Of a DNA stretch of 64,000 nucleotides, positions 18,501 through 25,957 are shown in pieces. The stretch comes from a virus. Below the pieces are notes generated by a model that did not search any database, had not been told where the DNA came from, and worked only from the letters and a program-made list of their open reading frames with translations. The stretch covers positions 1 through 64,000 of IMG/VR virus record IMGVR_UViG_3300045988_108496, one strand, 5' to 3'. Position numbers and translations under genes: made by a program. The number at the start of each line of letters is the position of its first letter. Position 1 is the first letter of the stretch.

Positions 18501-19028
18501 TTTTCGGGACTAATCCGTAAGAAGATGACGGAGATAACGCCTGAGAACTTAAAGGACTATGTCACCGACCAAGCAGCACTGGCTCTCGGAAATATCCAGA
18601 TTGACTTCGAGAAGACCGGCTGCTTTGTGAAGTTTACGGGTAACATAAAGGCGATGACTAAGTCTGATGTTGTTATTGTTCCACCTTTCTACATGCCCAA
18701 CCATACAAACTGGGGCAAACTGAGCACAAAGACGGTTTACGAGGCTATGGCGTATGTCGGACAGACCATTATTGTTGTCAATGATAGTGATACAGAAATG
18801 ACTACAATCGGATATACGAGTATGGATTTCGACCATGCCAGCAAATATTTTGGCAGAGGGCAAGGCGCGATGATGACCTGCGTTGTCAATAAAGGTCAGA
18901 ATAGTTGCACTGTGGTATGGAACGGCAGACAGTTACCGTTTTCAAGCCCTGCACTTGAAAGCGAGTCCGACCCGACAAGTACTGCTGAAGACCCGACAGC
19001 AACAGAAGAAGAACAACCAAAAGAATAA
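15504..19028 (+). CDS. tail fibre / receptor-binding-type protein
   Basis: 1174 aa. Carries a fibre-like coiled segment (STQSQITQTANDIRTEV...SSSITQTATQIAMKV) followed by beta-rich carbohydrate-binding-like modules. Confidence 0.6.
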   Translation: MTQATTRDYWISPSALHIELNALGNPDYIQASCISGAQILVYVKNIIGFDAGHNYRRWSLQAVPTVFNTHTEKYVYAAIPRDMTLTASALIVFPSEQVDIYGKNEKEEQIGDEKYYYIFLQGVITSSGDNGTVQRDWKEGCRIVYGYLSSDEAISAIPYESEWYNYASVDGIVTFLKDITMKAGSKFRQLFAKTLTIVSGGHIAFEGQGEVNGVATTGTQFESTDKIVTPKFLDDNALSKVKQDVAQKLIRFLEGIAFGEQSDNNPLGISSDGIATLKEVVSAAFRSGALGSGFKLGDYNGSGDSYLEVDRLLVRKAAEFVRLVIRELQSVGGEIVLSPAAMKISNVVYFEKGVYLPEYEALPLRYNVYRCYFSQKKGDEEIENQFVEDDLVRCQTFNVKEGVNENVKNRYYWRKVYKVGKDFIDVLADFCDTGSDIPQAGDELVQMGNTTDTARQSVVVLSAYGADAPSLKMYEGVDSYSLENKEVFVLSRSEMFAIADKFRFVTRKANGEIESTQSFAELVMSVDGLRTTVKRNKEELDDEIKSTQSQITQTANDIRTEVRRDYSTKKDVNDQIATVSSSITQTATQIAMKVGYTLAERRNLLVGSLFRKQGEGFFLLRSKIYRTSAHEGANVIFAPEAKAGGVQWGGAANSHNIHVTKGKTYTLAFWVRTKSARVEIVGETIWHSSATDTSRPSGYTGPNGSANLGGVTITPSNGWYLYQKTFTVAANAPYEWISVACLKANASTASQQVYIAHPILIEGTAEDFVCWSASPDDYDYIGGNLLDNTRTFNKTGNLMRMDASVVTNGSYNNGCSVIYANAASKYIEMAQWSVSSIIKKNEDYILSFMAKGSGSIDAYMWSGSNLSIFAEDSERDTTTSNADGGRRFSLTSEWKRYWVHWRSEGTGIPNYVLIRCSQGGKAWVTMPKLEVGATPTDWIEGKSGFIEDSGIAAKLLRTGLDVENGKITATADKFEVRNNSGETTASVNEKGLLEVGAGVFSGLIRKKMTEITPENLKDYVTDQAALALGNIQIDFEKTGCFVKFTGNIKAMTKSDVVIVPPFYMPNHTNWGKLSTKTVYEAMAYVGQTIIVVNDSDTEMTTIGYTSMDFDHASKYFGRGQGAMMTCVVNKGQNSCTVVWNGRQLPFSSPALESESDPTSTAEDPTATEEEQPKE

Positions 19029-19031
19029 GAT

Positions 19032-19142
19032 ATGAAGAAAATAGTTAGAGGCAATGATTTTACGTTGCGCATACCCGTAAAAAAGATAGTCAATGGTGAA
19101 CAGGTAGCTTTTCCGCGCCTGCCTGCACGGACATCGTTGTGA
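19032..19142 (+). CDS. 36-codon ORF, probable true 5' end of the downstream fibre gene
   Basis: ATG 4 nt after the upstream stop (MKKIVRGNDFTLRIPVKKIVNGEQVAF...). Ends at TGA 19140-19142, overlapping the -1 frame that continues as 19139..21391. Confidence 0.35.
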   Translation: MKKIVRGNDFTLRIPVKKIVNGEQVAFPRLPARTSL

Positions 19143-21391
19143 ATATCGTGAACCAGTATCGGCGCGTGGCTCTGAGCTACACTATCGACACGACGGAGGA
19201 CAATATCATCAATGCGCGTGTAGAGGGCGACGCTGTATCAGTGGGCACATACGCCCTCGAAGTGCGAGGTAAGATTTTCGGCAATGACTGGCGCAGCAAG
19301 GAGTACGAGCAGTTTGCCATCGTAGACAACAACGCTTCGGGCGACACAGCGTTCAACGGCGAGCTTATCGAGGGCGAGGACTCCGTGGAGATGAACACGG
19401 CACTTGTTATCCTGCCTCCGACGGCAGAACTGACGCAGCTTATAACCGACGCAAACACAGCTATTGAAACGGCGAAGCAGACGGACGCAACGCTCAAGGC
19501 TAACGAGAGTGAGCGCACGGAGGCGGAACAGCAGCGAGCGTCAGCAGAAGCCGCTCGCGTGTCAGCAGAAAATAAGCGCAGTGAGAGTGAGGAAGTTCGC
19601 CATGCAGCGGAGACAGAGCGCATGAGCAATGAGGACGCTCGAAAGTCAGCAGAGGCGCAGCGTGCCAATGCTGAGAGCGAGCGTATCGAAGCTGAAAAGA
19701 CACGCACAGCGAACGAATCCGCACGTGTCGCAGCGGAGAAGCAGAGAGCGACTACTTTTGCCGAGCTTACGGCGAACGTAGACACGGCTGTCAGCAAGGC
19801 GAACAGCGCAGCAAGTGCAGCAAACACGGCTACTGACAAGGCAAATGCAGAGGAGGGCAAGCGTGCGGAAGCCGAAAATCTGCGCACGGAAGCAGAAGCT
19901 ACACGCAAGCAGAACGAAAACACGCGGCTGGAGGCTGAAACCGAGCGTGTACGACAAGAAGCAGCGAGAGAAACTGCGGAAGCTACTCGCCAGAACGCAG
20001 AGACGGAGCGAGAAAAAGCTGATGCCGAGCGTGAGAAACGTGTGTCCGAAGCAATATCCGGCACGTCTTCTGCCGCCAAAACCGCCACTGACGCAGCAGC
20101 AGTGGCAACAGAGACAGCCAAGAAAGCTATGGTTGCGACTACAGAAGCAGAGAGGGTAAACGCCGAGCTAAGGGGCAACGTGCTCGTAGTGACCGATAGA
20201 AATGGCGATGTCAGCACTCTTGACTTTGAGCAGTGGGACTTGGAGGAACGAGTGAATATCACCATTACGACATCTGTTGCTGGAGTAAGCGTGAAAGGCG
20301 TGGCGGTAAACGTCTTCCTTAACGACGCTTCGGTGTTCACGAAATACACCACGGATGCTGACGGCAAGGTGTCGTTCACAATTCCGAGAGGAACGATGTA
20401 CAGAATAGCTTTCCAGGAGTTGAAAGGCTGTGACCCACTTCCTTCTCTCACTTACACCGCCGCACTGAGAGTACGCGACATCAACGTGGAGTATAAGCCG
20501 ATAAGCGACGAGCGAGCCTCTGTGGTAGTAACGATAGACAAAGCGGAGAACGGAAGTGTAAGTCCGTTCGGAGGCGTGGCAGTGACCTGCGCCATTGCAA
20601 ACGGCGACACAATAACAACGGAAACCGACAGCGAAGGAAAGGTGACGTTCCGCGTACCATACAACAAGAAGTACAAGATTACCGCAGCCCAAAAAGATGG
20701 CTATTATGCTTTTCGCGGCATATATGAGAAGAGTAATGTGGCAGATGTGGCAGAACATAATCTTTACTTCCACTACTACCCTACAACGTCGGGCGTGTTC
20801 ATTCTTGACGCTACAGGCGCACAATATACGGCAGATGAATGGCAGGCGGCTGGCAAGAACGCGGAAGAGGCAGTCCTCATAAAACTCGTGACGCAGAACC
20901 TCGCTAATGGCAACAACTGCTTCGGCTTCTCACCCGCAGCCTTGCAAGCCGGCTATCCAAACAAGCAGTGGTGTACACAGAATACGCAGTTCAACAACAT
21001 TCCATTAAACGGTAACAATGTAAAAGATGCACTGTACTACGATGGCGTAAAACAGTCAAAACTTGTGCGCGAAGAAGCGGAAGAGCGTGGATTGTCTATA
21101 CCTCTATTCACTTACGCCTATGAGCAGACGGTGGATTTGGCGGATGTTCAGCTACATGGCTTTATTTTGACGATTGGACAGATGACGGAAGCGAATGTGA
21201 ACAAAATTCTTGTGAACGAGGTGGTAAAGATGCTGCATGGCGGTAATGCAAAATTATTCAGTTCTTTATTCTCTCGATTGAAATGGACATCAACGCAGTA
21301 CAGTGTCGTAGATGCTTGGGCTTTTAGTTCCAGTTCGGGCGGTCACGTCAAGTCGGACAGCAGCCTGGCTCTGCCGGTCTTCGCTTGTTAA
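19139..21391 (+). CDS. tail fibre protein with Ala/Glu/Arg coiled coil
   Basis: 750 aa with a GTG start in the track. Long AE..R repeat coiled coil. Two CarboxypepD_reg-like beta modules (DADGKVSFTIPRG, DSEGKVTFRVPYN). The C-terminus resembles the DUF1566/Lcl type. Confidence 0.6.
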   Translation: MNIVNQYRRVALSYTIDTTEDNIINARVEGDAVSVGTYALEVRGKIFGNDWRSKEYEQFAIVDNNASGDTAFNGELIEGEDSVEMNTALVILPPTAELTQLITDANTAIETAKQTDATLKANESERTEAEQQRASAEAARVSAENKRSESEEVRHAAETERMSNEDARKSAEAQRANAESERIEAEKTRTANESARVAAEKQRATTFAELTANVDTAVSKANSAASAANTATDKANAEEGKRAEAENLRTEAEATRKQNENTRLEAETERVRQEAARETAEATRQNAETEREKADAEREKRVSEAISGTSSAAKTATDAAAVATETAKKAMVATTEAERVNAELRGNVLVVTDRNGDVSTLDFEQWDLEERVNITITTSVAGVSVKGVAVNVFLNDASVFTKYTTDADGKVSFTIPRGTMYRIAFQELKGCDPLPSLTYTAALRVRDINVEYKPISDERASVVVTIDKAENGSVSPFGGVAVTCAIANGDTITTETDSEGKVTFRVPYNKKYKITAAQKDGYYAFRGIYEKSNVADVAEHNLYFHYYPTTSGVFILDATGAQYTADEWQAAGKNAEEAVLIKLVTQNLANGNNCFGFSPAALQAGYPNKQWCTQNTQFNNIPLNGNNVKDALYYDGVKQSKLVREEAEERGLSIPLFTYAYEQTVDLADVQLHGFILTIGQMTEANVNKILVNEVVKMLHGGNAKLFSSLFSRLKWTSTQYSVVDAWAFSSSSGGHVKSDSSLALPVFAC

Positions 21392-21452
21392 TCTCTTTTT
21401 CTCTCCGTTTTCCGCGAGCAGCGAAAATTAATAATAAATACAAATAAAGACT

Positions 21453-22052
21453 ATGAAGAAAACTATTGGTTTTGTCCGCACGTTCATCCCTGCGGATTTG
21501 TTTAAAAAGGAATATGCGTTGGGAGGTCTAACCATTTATCACATCGACGAGCAGTTGAATGTTGAGATGAACGCATACGAGTGTTGGGAGTGTTCGGTAC
21601 GGAGTGGCGAATACACGCAGGACGAGGTTATGGCTGCGTTCGAGGAGTTTAAGGCAAAGCTCGCAGCATCGGAGCTTGCAACTGCGAAGGCGCAGAAAAT
21701 AGCGGAGATAGATGCCTACGACACGTCAGACGCAGTGAATAGCTTCTTGGTGGACGGCACTAAAATGTGGCTCGACAAGGCGACACGCGTCGGTCTTATG
21801 AACTCCACTACTATCGCTCAAAGCTCTGGGTTGGAAAAGGTCACACTGTGGTTTGGTGATACGCAACTAATGCTCACCTGCGACAAGGCGATAAGCCTAC
21901 TCTCTGCCATTGAGATGTACGCTGTCCAGTGCTTTGACACTACGGCAAGACATAAAGCAGCAATAGGTAATCTGACAACCATTGAAGAGGTTGAGAAGTA
22001 TGACATCACAGCAGGCTACCCCGAGAGATTGGAAATAACAACATACGATTAA
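21453..22052 (+). CDS. DUF4376-like protein (possible fibre assembly factor)
   Basis: 199 aa. AKAQKIAEIDAYDTSDAVNSF...WLDKATRVGL...IEMYAVQCF matches my memory of the DUF4376 pattern. Lies directly after the fibre genes. Confidence 0.4.
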   Translation: MKKTIGFVRTFIPADLFKKEYALGGLTIYHIDEQLNVEMNAYECWECSVRSGEYTQDEVMAAFEEFKAKLAASELATAKAQKIAEIDAYDTSDAVNSFLVDGTKMWLDKATRVGLMNSTTIAQSSGLEKVTLWFGDTQLMLTCDKAISLLSAIEMYAVQCFDTTARHKAAIGNLTTIEEVEKYDITAGYPERLEITTYD

Positions 22053-22071
22053 CAACAAAAATTCAAATATC

Positions 22072-22533
22072 ATGGAAGTAAAAGTAAGACGAATAGCAAA
22101 AAAGGAGACGTACACAATAGGTAAGATGTACGTCAACGGCGAGTATGTCTGCGACACTCTTGAAGACAAGGACAGAGGACTAACATCTAACATGTCAGTT
22201 GCGCAGATATGCGGAGTGAAGATTAAGGGCGAAACGGCTATACCGACAGGCAGATACCTCGTCGATATGAAGACGGTATCGCCAAGGTTCGGAGGTCGGG
22301 CGCAGTACCAGTTCTGCAAGGGTCGACTGCCAAGGTTGTGCAATACGCCCGGCTACCAAGGCGTACTTATTCACTGCGGCAACACGGCGAAGGACACGGA
22401 GGGCTGCATCCTTGTCGGCGAGAATAAGGAGAGGGGCAAGGTGCTCAACTCAACGGCGACGTTCCGTAAGGTGTACGCGAAGCTGAAGGCTGCGGACGAG
22501 AGAGGAGAACAGATCTGGATAACAATCGAGTAA
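22072..22533 (+). CDS. YkuD-fold/DUF5675-like putative cell-wall enzyme (endolysin candidate)
   Basis: 153 aa. GETAIPTGRY...YQGVLIHCGNTAKDTEGCILVG has a His...Cys signature like L,D-transpeptidase-fold proteins. Followed by a membrane protein. Confidence 0.45.
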   Translation: MEVKVRRIAKKETYTIGKMYVNGEYVCDTLEDKDRGLTSNMSVAQICGVKIKGETAIPTGRYLVDMKTVSPRFGGRAQYQFCKGRLPRLCNTPGYQGVLIHCGNTAKDTEGCILVGENKERGKVLNSTATFRKVYAKLKAADERGEQIWITIE

Positions 22534-22545
22534 CACGAGAAAAAC

Positions 22546-22881
22546 ATGAACATAAGAGTAATACTGATGCTGCTGAACTGCATCATATTGGGAGCGACAA
22601 CGCTCTTTATTTTCTATAAGGCAGCGCAGCTCGATATGGTAGATGAAGGCTACGACGAGAACAAGCGAAACCGACAAGGTGCTATCGGATGGTTTATTGC
22701 GTCTATATTCGTAGGCGTTCTCGCGCTGCCCGTAATGGTGCTGCGTGAGGTTTATCAATGGAAGCGTTATAAGCTACCGGGTATTGAGTGGGATGATATT
22801 TGTCGCTACGGATTTACTATTGTTATCGGCTCTATGCTGCACGTACTCCTGCTTGTGGTGGTTACGCCATCTTCTTGTTGA
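22546..22881 (+). CDS. small membrane protein (holin candidate)
   Basis: 111 aa with three hydrophobic segments. Immediately downstream of the endolysin candidate and followed by a terminator. Confidence 0.4.
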   Translation: MNIRVILMLLNCIILGATTLFIFYKAAQLDMVDEGYDENKRNRQGAIGWFIASIFVGVLALPVMVLREVYQWKRYKLPGIEWDDICRYGFTIVIGSMLHVLLLVVVTPSSC

Positions 22882-22912
22882 CAGCGAAAGTAAAAGGACT
22901 AAATCAAAAAAA

Positions 22913-22940
22913 CCGCTTCCATCCTCGCAGACAGAAGCGG
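22913..22940. terminator. bidirectional terminator between the lysis genes and the lipoprotein gene
   Basis: CCGCTTC / GAAGCGG stem with A7 upstream and a T-rich downstream flank. The loop is ATCCTCGCAGAC. Confidence 0.6.
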
Positions 22941-23039
22941 CCCAACTTTTGTTATACTTTACAGAAGTATGGCTAAGAGCCATATTCGTGACTGCAAAGG
23001 TACAATATTTTTTTGTTTTTACATCGGATTTTGCTGATT

Positions 23040-23612
23040 TTAGTTCACTAACATAGGACCCGTGTCGCGGCCTGTAAACGATATATTGATATTGCGAGCA
23101 TAGTCTCCGTTCTTTTCCGTCATTTCGTCAACGTGTAGCTTCACGCGGAACGTCTTTTTCCCATATTCGTCGCCCTTATCAAGAGTCTTTATCTCTGCCC
23201 AGGCACCTTTTACGGGCTGGTTGTTGTCCCAAGTGCTTAGTTCGTGCTTCTTGTATTCGGGTTGCCATTGCTCCTTCCATCCCCACACCGAACCGCCGAC
23301 CTGCTCTATCCCGTAACGACCGTCGTACATGTCGTCAGCAGGGGCATTGTAGACGAGAAAACTGATCGTATAGTAATCGGTCTTGTAATTACCCACCTGC
23401 GGGTCGCTTTGAAGTCCGAACGATCCCGTACCGCTATTGTTATGGGAATAAGACAACTGATGCACAGGCTTCACTTTGAGAAGTTTTGAAAAAGCCGACT
23501 CCACCGGCACATACTCCGGTTCCTCGTTGTCGTCGCTGCTGCAACTGCTCATACTCACACATGCTGTCGTCATCATCGTCAACAGCAGCATCATTCTAAA
23601 GATTTTCTTCAT
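23040..23612 (-). CDS. lipoprotein with acidic post-Cys export-type signal
   Basis: MKKIFRMMLLLTMMTTACVSMSSC-SSDDNEEPE: signal peptide, lipobox, then an acidic run like the Bacteroidota lipoprotein export signal. Opposite strand to the flanking modules. Confidence 0.6.
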   Translation of the reverse strand: MKKIFRMMLLLTMMTTACVSMSSCSSDDNEEPEYVPVESAFSKLLKVKPVHQLSYSHNNSGTGSFGLQSDPQVGNYKTDYYTISFLVYNAPADDMYDGRYGIEQVGGSVWGWKEQWQPEYKKHELSTWDNNQPVKGAWAEIKTLDKGDEYGKKTFRVKLHVDEMTEKNGDYARNINISFTGRDTGPMLVN

Positions 23613-23722
23613 ACATTAATATTTTTATACGTTAGTACTTTCGTAGGTTTGTATATTTTTGTTTTCTGTCATTCAATGTTTTATAATACCGTCATCACAA
23701 GATTGACAATCCTTACAGCTAC

Positions 23723-23850
23723 ATGCGCTCGCTTGTCACCGACGACCTCAAGGTGATGCTCGCCGGCAACGACCTCACGGGTGGCGTAGTGCCGGCGGTG
23801 GCTCCACAGGTGGCGGTGGTCAGAAGCCTGGCGGCGAACTGGAGCCGTAA
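23723..23850 (+). pseudogene. degenerate copy of the 3' end of ORF 2779..3039
   Basis: Shares the strings GACCTCAC, GGCGTAG, CACAGGTGGC, GGTCAGAAGCC and GAGCCGTAAC with 2851-3042. The reading frame is broken. The last frame ends GGGGQKPGGELEP*, compared with GGGQKPPSEIEP* in the other copy. Confidence 0.45.
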
Positions 23851-23878
23851 CGGTCGCTAAGCGGAAAACTTAACATTC

Positions 23879-23916
23879 CCCACGATAGGCACGCGAGGCT
23901 TGCCGTGGGATTTTTT
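23879..23916 (+). terminator. terminator after the pseudogene remnant
   Basis: CCCACG...GGCA-CGCGAGGCT-TGCC...CGTGGG followed by ATTTTTT. Confidence 0.5.
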
Positions 23917-23951
23917 CTTTGCAATGTCCGTAGGACGAAAAGCAAAAAAAA

Positions 23952-23977
23952 CACTGCTATCCTCGCGGACGGCAGTG
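23952..23977 (-). terminator. terminator of the HTH gene pair
   Basis: CACTGC / GCAGTG stem. A8 upstream on the plus strand gives U8 after the hairpin on the minus strand. The loop is TATCCTCGCGGAC. Confidence 0.6.
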
Positions 23978-24031
23978 CTCAAAACCAAAATAGTAACATA
24001 ATCATTAAAGATTATGAAACATGTCGTTTTA

Positions 24032-24370
24032 TCACTCTGCCTTAATGCTTGCGCTGATTTTTGCGCCACACGACGGGCAGACTGTCTGTATCTTAAATTC
24101 TGATGGTGCTTTTTGTGTCTTTTCGCATTCCTGCCATTGATCTTCGTCTGGGAACAACTCAGTTATCTTCACGCCTAATGCGTCGGCTATCTCATAAAGG
24201 TTGCTCAATGAAGGATTGCCGTTGATACGCGAACTCATTGTAGCTTTCGTGATTGTGCGCTGATTGTTGTCCTTGTCGGTGCGGATTATCTTGTTGGCGA
24301 GGTCGGTCAATGTAAGACCCTTCTCCTGCATGATTTCAGCTATGCGGAGATTGTTTCTCTTTCGTTCCAT
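24032..24370 (-). CDS. XRE-type HTH regulator with C-terminal CxxC
   Basis: LRIAEIMQEKGLTLTDLANKI...ATMSSRINGNPSLSNLYEIADALGVKITELF is an HTH_3 pattern. C-terminal CPSCG. Confidence 0.7.
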   Translation of the reverse strand: MERKRNNLRIAEIMQEKGLTLTDLANKIIRTDKDNNQRTITKATMSSRINGNPSLSNLYEIADALGVKITELFPDEDQWQECEKTQKAPSEFKIQTVCPSCGAKISASIKAE

Positions 24371-24419
24371 AATAATGTTCTTTGATGTTTCTATTCTGTA
24401 AAGTATTAAAAGTTTGATG

Positions 24420-24451
24420 CAAAGTTATATAATTATATGAATATTTACAAA
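24420..24451 (-). promoter_or_regulatory. Bacteroidota-type promoter (TTTG-N20-TAACTTTG) for HTH gene 24032..24370
   Basis: The plus strand shows CAAAGTTA 24420-24427 and CAAA 24448-24451, which is the -7 and -33 on the minus strand with a 20-nt spacer. Confidence 0.55.
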
Positions 24452-24527
24452 CTATTTTGAAGAAAAATGATACAAATACGAATATTTTTAATACTTTTGT
24501 TTGGTATTATGATATTATTGAGCGCGT

Positions 24528-24971
24528 CTACCCTACCCCATTCTTCTCCTCGGCATATCGTGGAATGTTGGTGACGAGGAAGGCAGTGGCGCAGTTTGGG
24601 CATACCAGCACTTTGTGTGCGTCTTGTGGGGTCTGGGCGAACAGCGGACCTAAGCGTTCACGCTCGGCATACTCCTTCAGTTTTTCAAAGCTCACCTTGG
24701 GCTCTTCGATGATTGTGCCGTCTTGAGCCATGCGATAGAAGAAGTCGCGAGGGTCAACGTCTATTGCCCAGGCTATCTTGTATATGGTGGAGAGCGTAGG
24801 ATTGCCCGAAGTCATTTGCGACACGGCAGCCTTGGTCACACCCAGACGTTCTGCCACTTGCTGAGTGGTGAATCCCTTTCGGTGAACGGTCTCCATAATG
24901 TTCAGTTCCGTAACGGGAGCGTATGGCTGCACCACCTTGCGCCCATCTTTCTTTATCTCGATGTCTATCAT
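24528..24971 (-). CDS. XRE-type HTH regulator with C-terminal CxxC (paralog)
   Basis: Internal ATG at 24969-24971 (MIDIEIKK...). The longer track start would overlap the TAACTTTG promoter box. HTH FTTQQVAERLGVTKAAVSQMTSGNPTLSTIYKIAWAI. C-terminal CPNC. Confidence 0.7.
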   Translation of the reverse strand: MIDIEIKKDGRKVVQPYAPVTELNIMETVHRKGFTTQQVAERLGVTKAAVSQMTSGNPTLSTIYKIAWAIDVDPRDFFYRMAQDGTIIEEPKVSFEKLKEYAERERLGPLFAQTPQDAHKVLVCPNCATAFLVTNIPRYAEEKNGVG

Positions 24972-24998
24972 ATATAGTGTTTTGTGTTGTTTATAACG

Positions 24999-25006
24999 CA
25001 AAGTTA
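24999..25006 (-). promoter_or_regulatory. -7 box TAACTTTG for HTH gene 24528..24971
   Basis: Plus strand CAAAGTTA, embedded in the same GCAAAGTTA string as the 24420 promoter. 28 nt upstream of the ATG. Confidence 0.5.
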
Positions 25007-25346
25007 AGATATTTTGCTTTTATGCGCAGGACATTGTGCGTATTTCGTCGTTTTTGTGTAAGTTTGGTCTATTGATTAAGTGTTTTGGTATAGGTTGATG
25101 TTGTTTTAACGTACTAAACATGAGCGTTTTAATCTGTTTGTTCCCCAAAATAATCGTTGTAATTTGGGTTTTCTCGAAAGTGGCAGCACGTAGGTTGCTA
25201 CCCATAAAACCATGTAAATTTTTAAGAATTAGAGCAAAGGTGTTGTTTTGAACGGCTCAACCTCACAAGCGAGCAACCGCCGCACTGAGACCCCTTGGCT
25301 TAGTGTCGGTTAGTCAAATCTTATTATATATGCTAACGAGTATAAA

Positions 25347-25385
25347 GGGGGGGGGTGGTCTGTGGTGGTCTGTGGTGGTCGTGAA
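25347..25385 (+). repeat. G9 tract followed by a ~3 x 10-bp TGGTCTGTGG mini-array
   Basis: GGGGGGGGG, then TGGTCTGTGG TGGTCTGTGG TGGTCGTGAA, directly upstream of promoter-repeat copy 1. Confidence 0.8.
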
Positions 25386-25391
25386 TGTGCC

Positions 25392-25547
25392 TTATATATA
25401 ATAAGGTGTAATAATAAAATAATACAAAAATAAATACCTGTATGAAAAAATCCTTATTTTATTTGGCGGTGTTAGATTTTTTCCATACCTTTGCAGCAGT
25501 TAAAGAAAAAAACCAAATAGTAACAAATAAAATACTTTAAGATTATG
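25392..25547 (+). repeat. ~155-bp direct repeat copy 1 (promoter module)
   Basis: TTATATATAATAAGGTGTAATAATAAAATAATA...TACCTTTGCAGCAGTTAAAGAAA...AAGATTATG. Aligns by eye along its whole length with 26695-26849. Confidence 0.85.
25462..25493 (+). promoter_or_regulatory. promoter TTTG-N20-TACCTTTG
   Basis: -33 TTTG at 25462-25465 and -7 TACCTTTG at 25486-25493. Inside direct-repeat copy 1. Confidence 0.65.
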
Positions 25548-25898
25548 AACAAAAGAAAATTGTCGTTGTTAATTGCGCTTGCAACAATAGCAACTAACAA
25601 CAAAGAAGGATTTACAGTAAATGCAGCAACTTTGCAACCAATTACAACAGGGTACGCTGTAGCCATCGCAGCAACACAAAATTCGTTTGGTCTCGAAGGC
25701 CTTGCGAACGTTGTAAAATACGTTAGCGAACACCCTGAAATAAATGCTTTTGGCGGTTGGTATAATAGCCAAAATAATATGTATTATTTTGACGCTACAA
25801 TGATTATTAAGGATTTGAAAACAGCTATAGAGATCGGGCGTGCAAATAAACAGCTTGCAATTTTTGATCTTACGAACGGCTTACCTATCGACTTATAA
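25545..25898 (+). CDS. hypothetical protein
   Basis: 117 aa. First gene after promoter-repeat copy 1. Followed by the GC hairpin at 25909-25927. Confidence 0.5.
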   Translation: MNKRKLSLLIALATIATNNKEGFTVNAATLQPITTGYAVAIAATQNSFGLEGLANVVKYVSEHPEINAFGGWYNSQNNMYYFDATMIIKDLKTAIEIGRANKQLAIFDLTNGLPIDL

Positions 25899-25908
25899 TA
25901 AATGAAGA

Positions 25909-25927
25909 GGACCGGCGCCGCCGGTCC
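25909..25927 (+). terminator. GC hairpin after gene 25545..25898
   Basis: GGACCGGC-GCC-GCCGGTCC. Weak T tail. Confidence 0.4.
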
Positions 25928-25957
25928 TTACATTCAACAAATTAAATATTATATATT

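Noticed and set aside
19177-20451. 424-aa minus-strand ORF
   Set aside because: It is antisense to the Ala/Glu/Arg coiled-coil of the fibre gene. The Ser/Ala/Val low-complexity product is the expected mirror artefact of GCN/GAR-rich repeats.
24457-24726. 89-aa plus-strand ORF
   Set aside because: It starts in the AT-rich divergent promoter region and runs antisense into the HTH gene 24528..24971.
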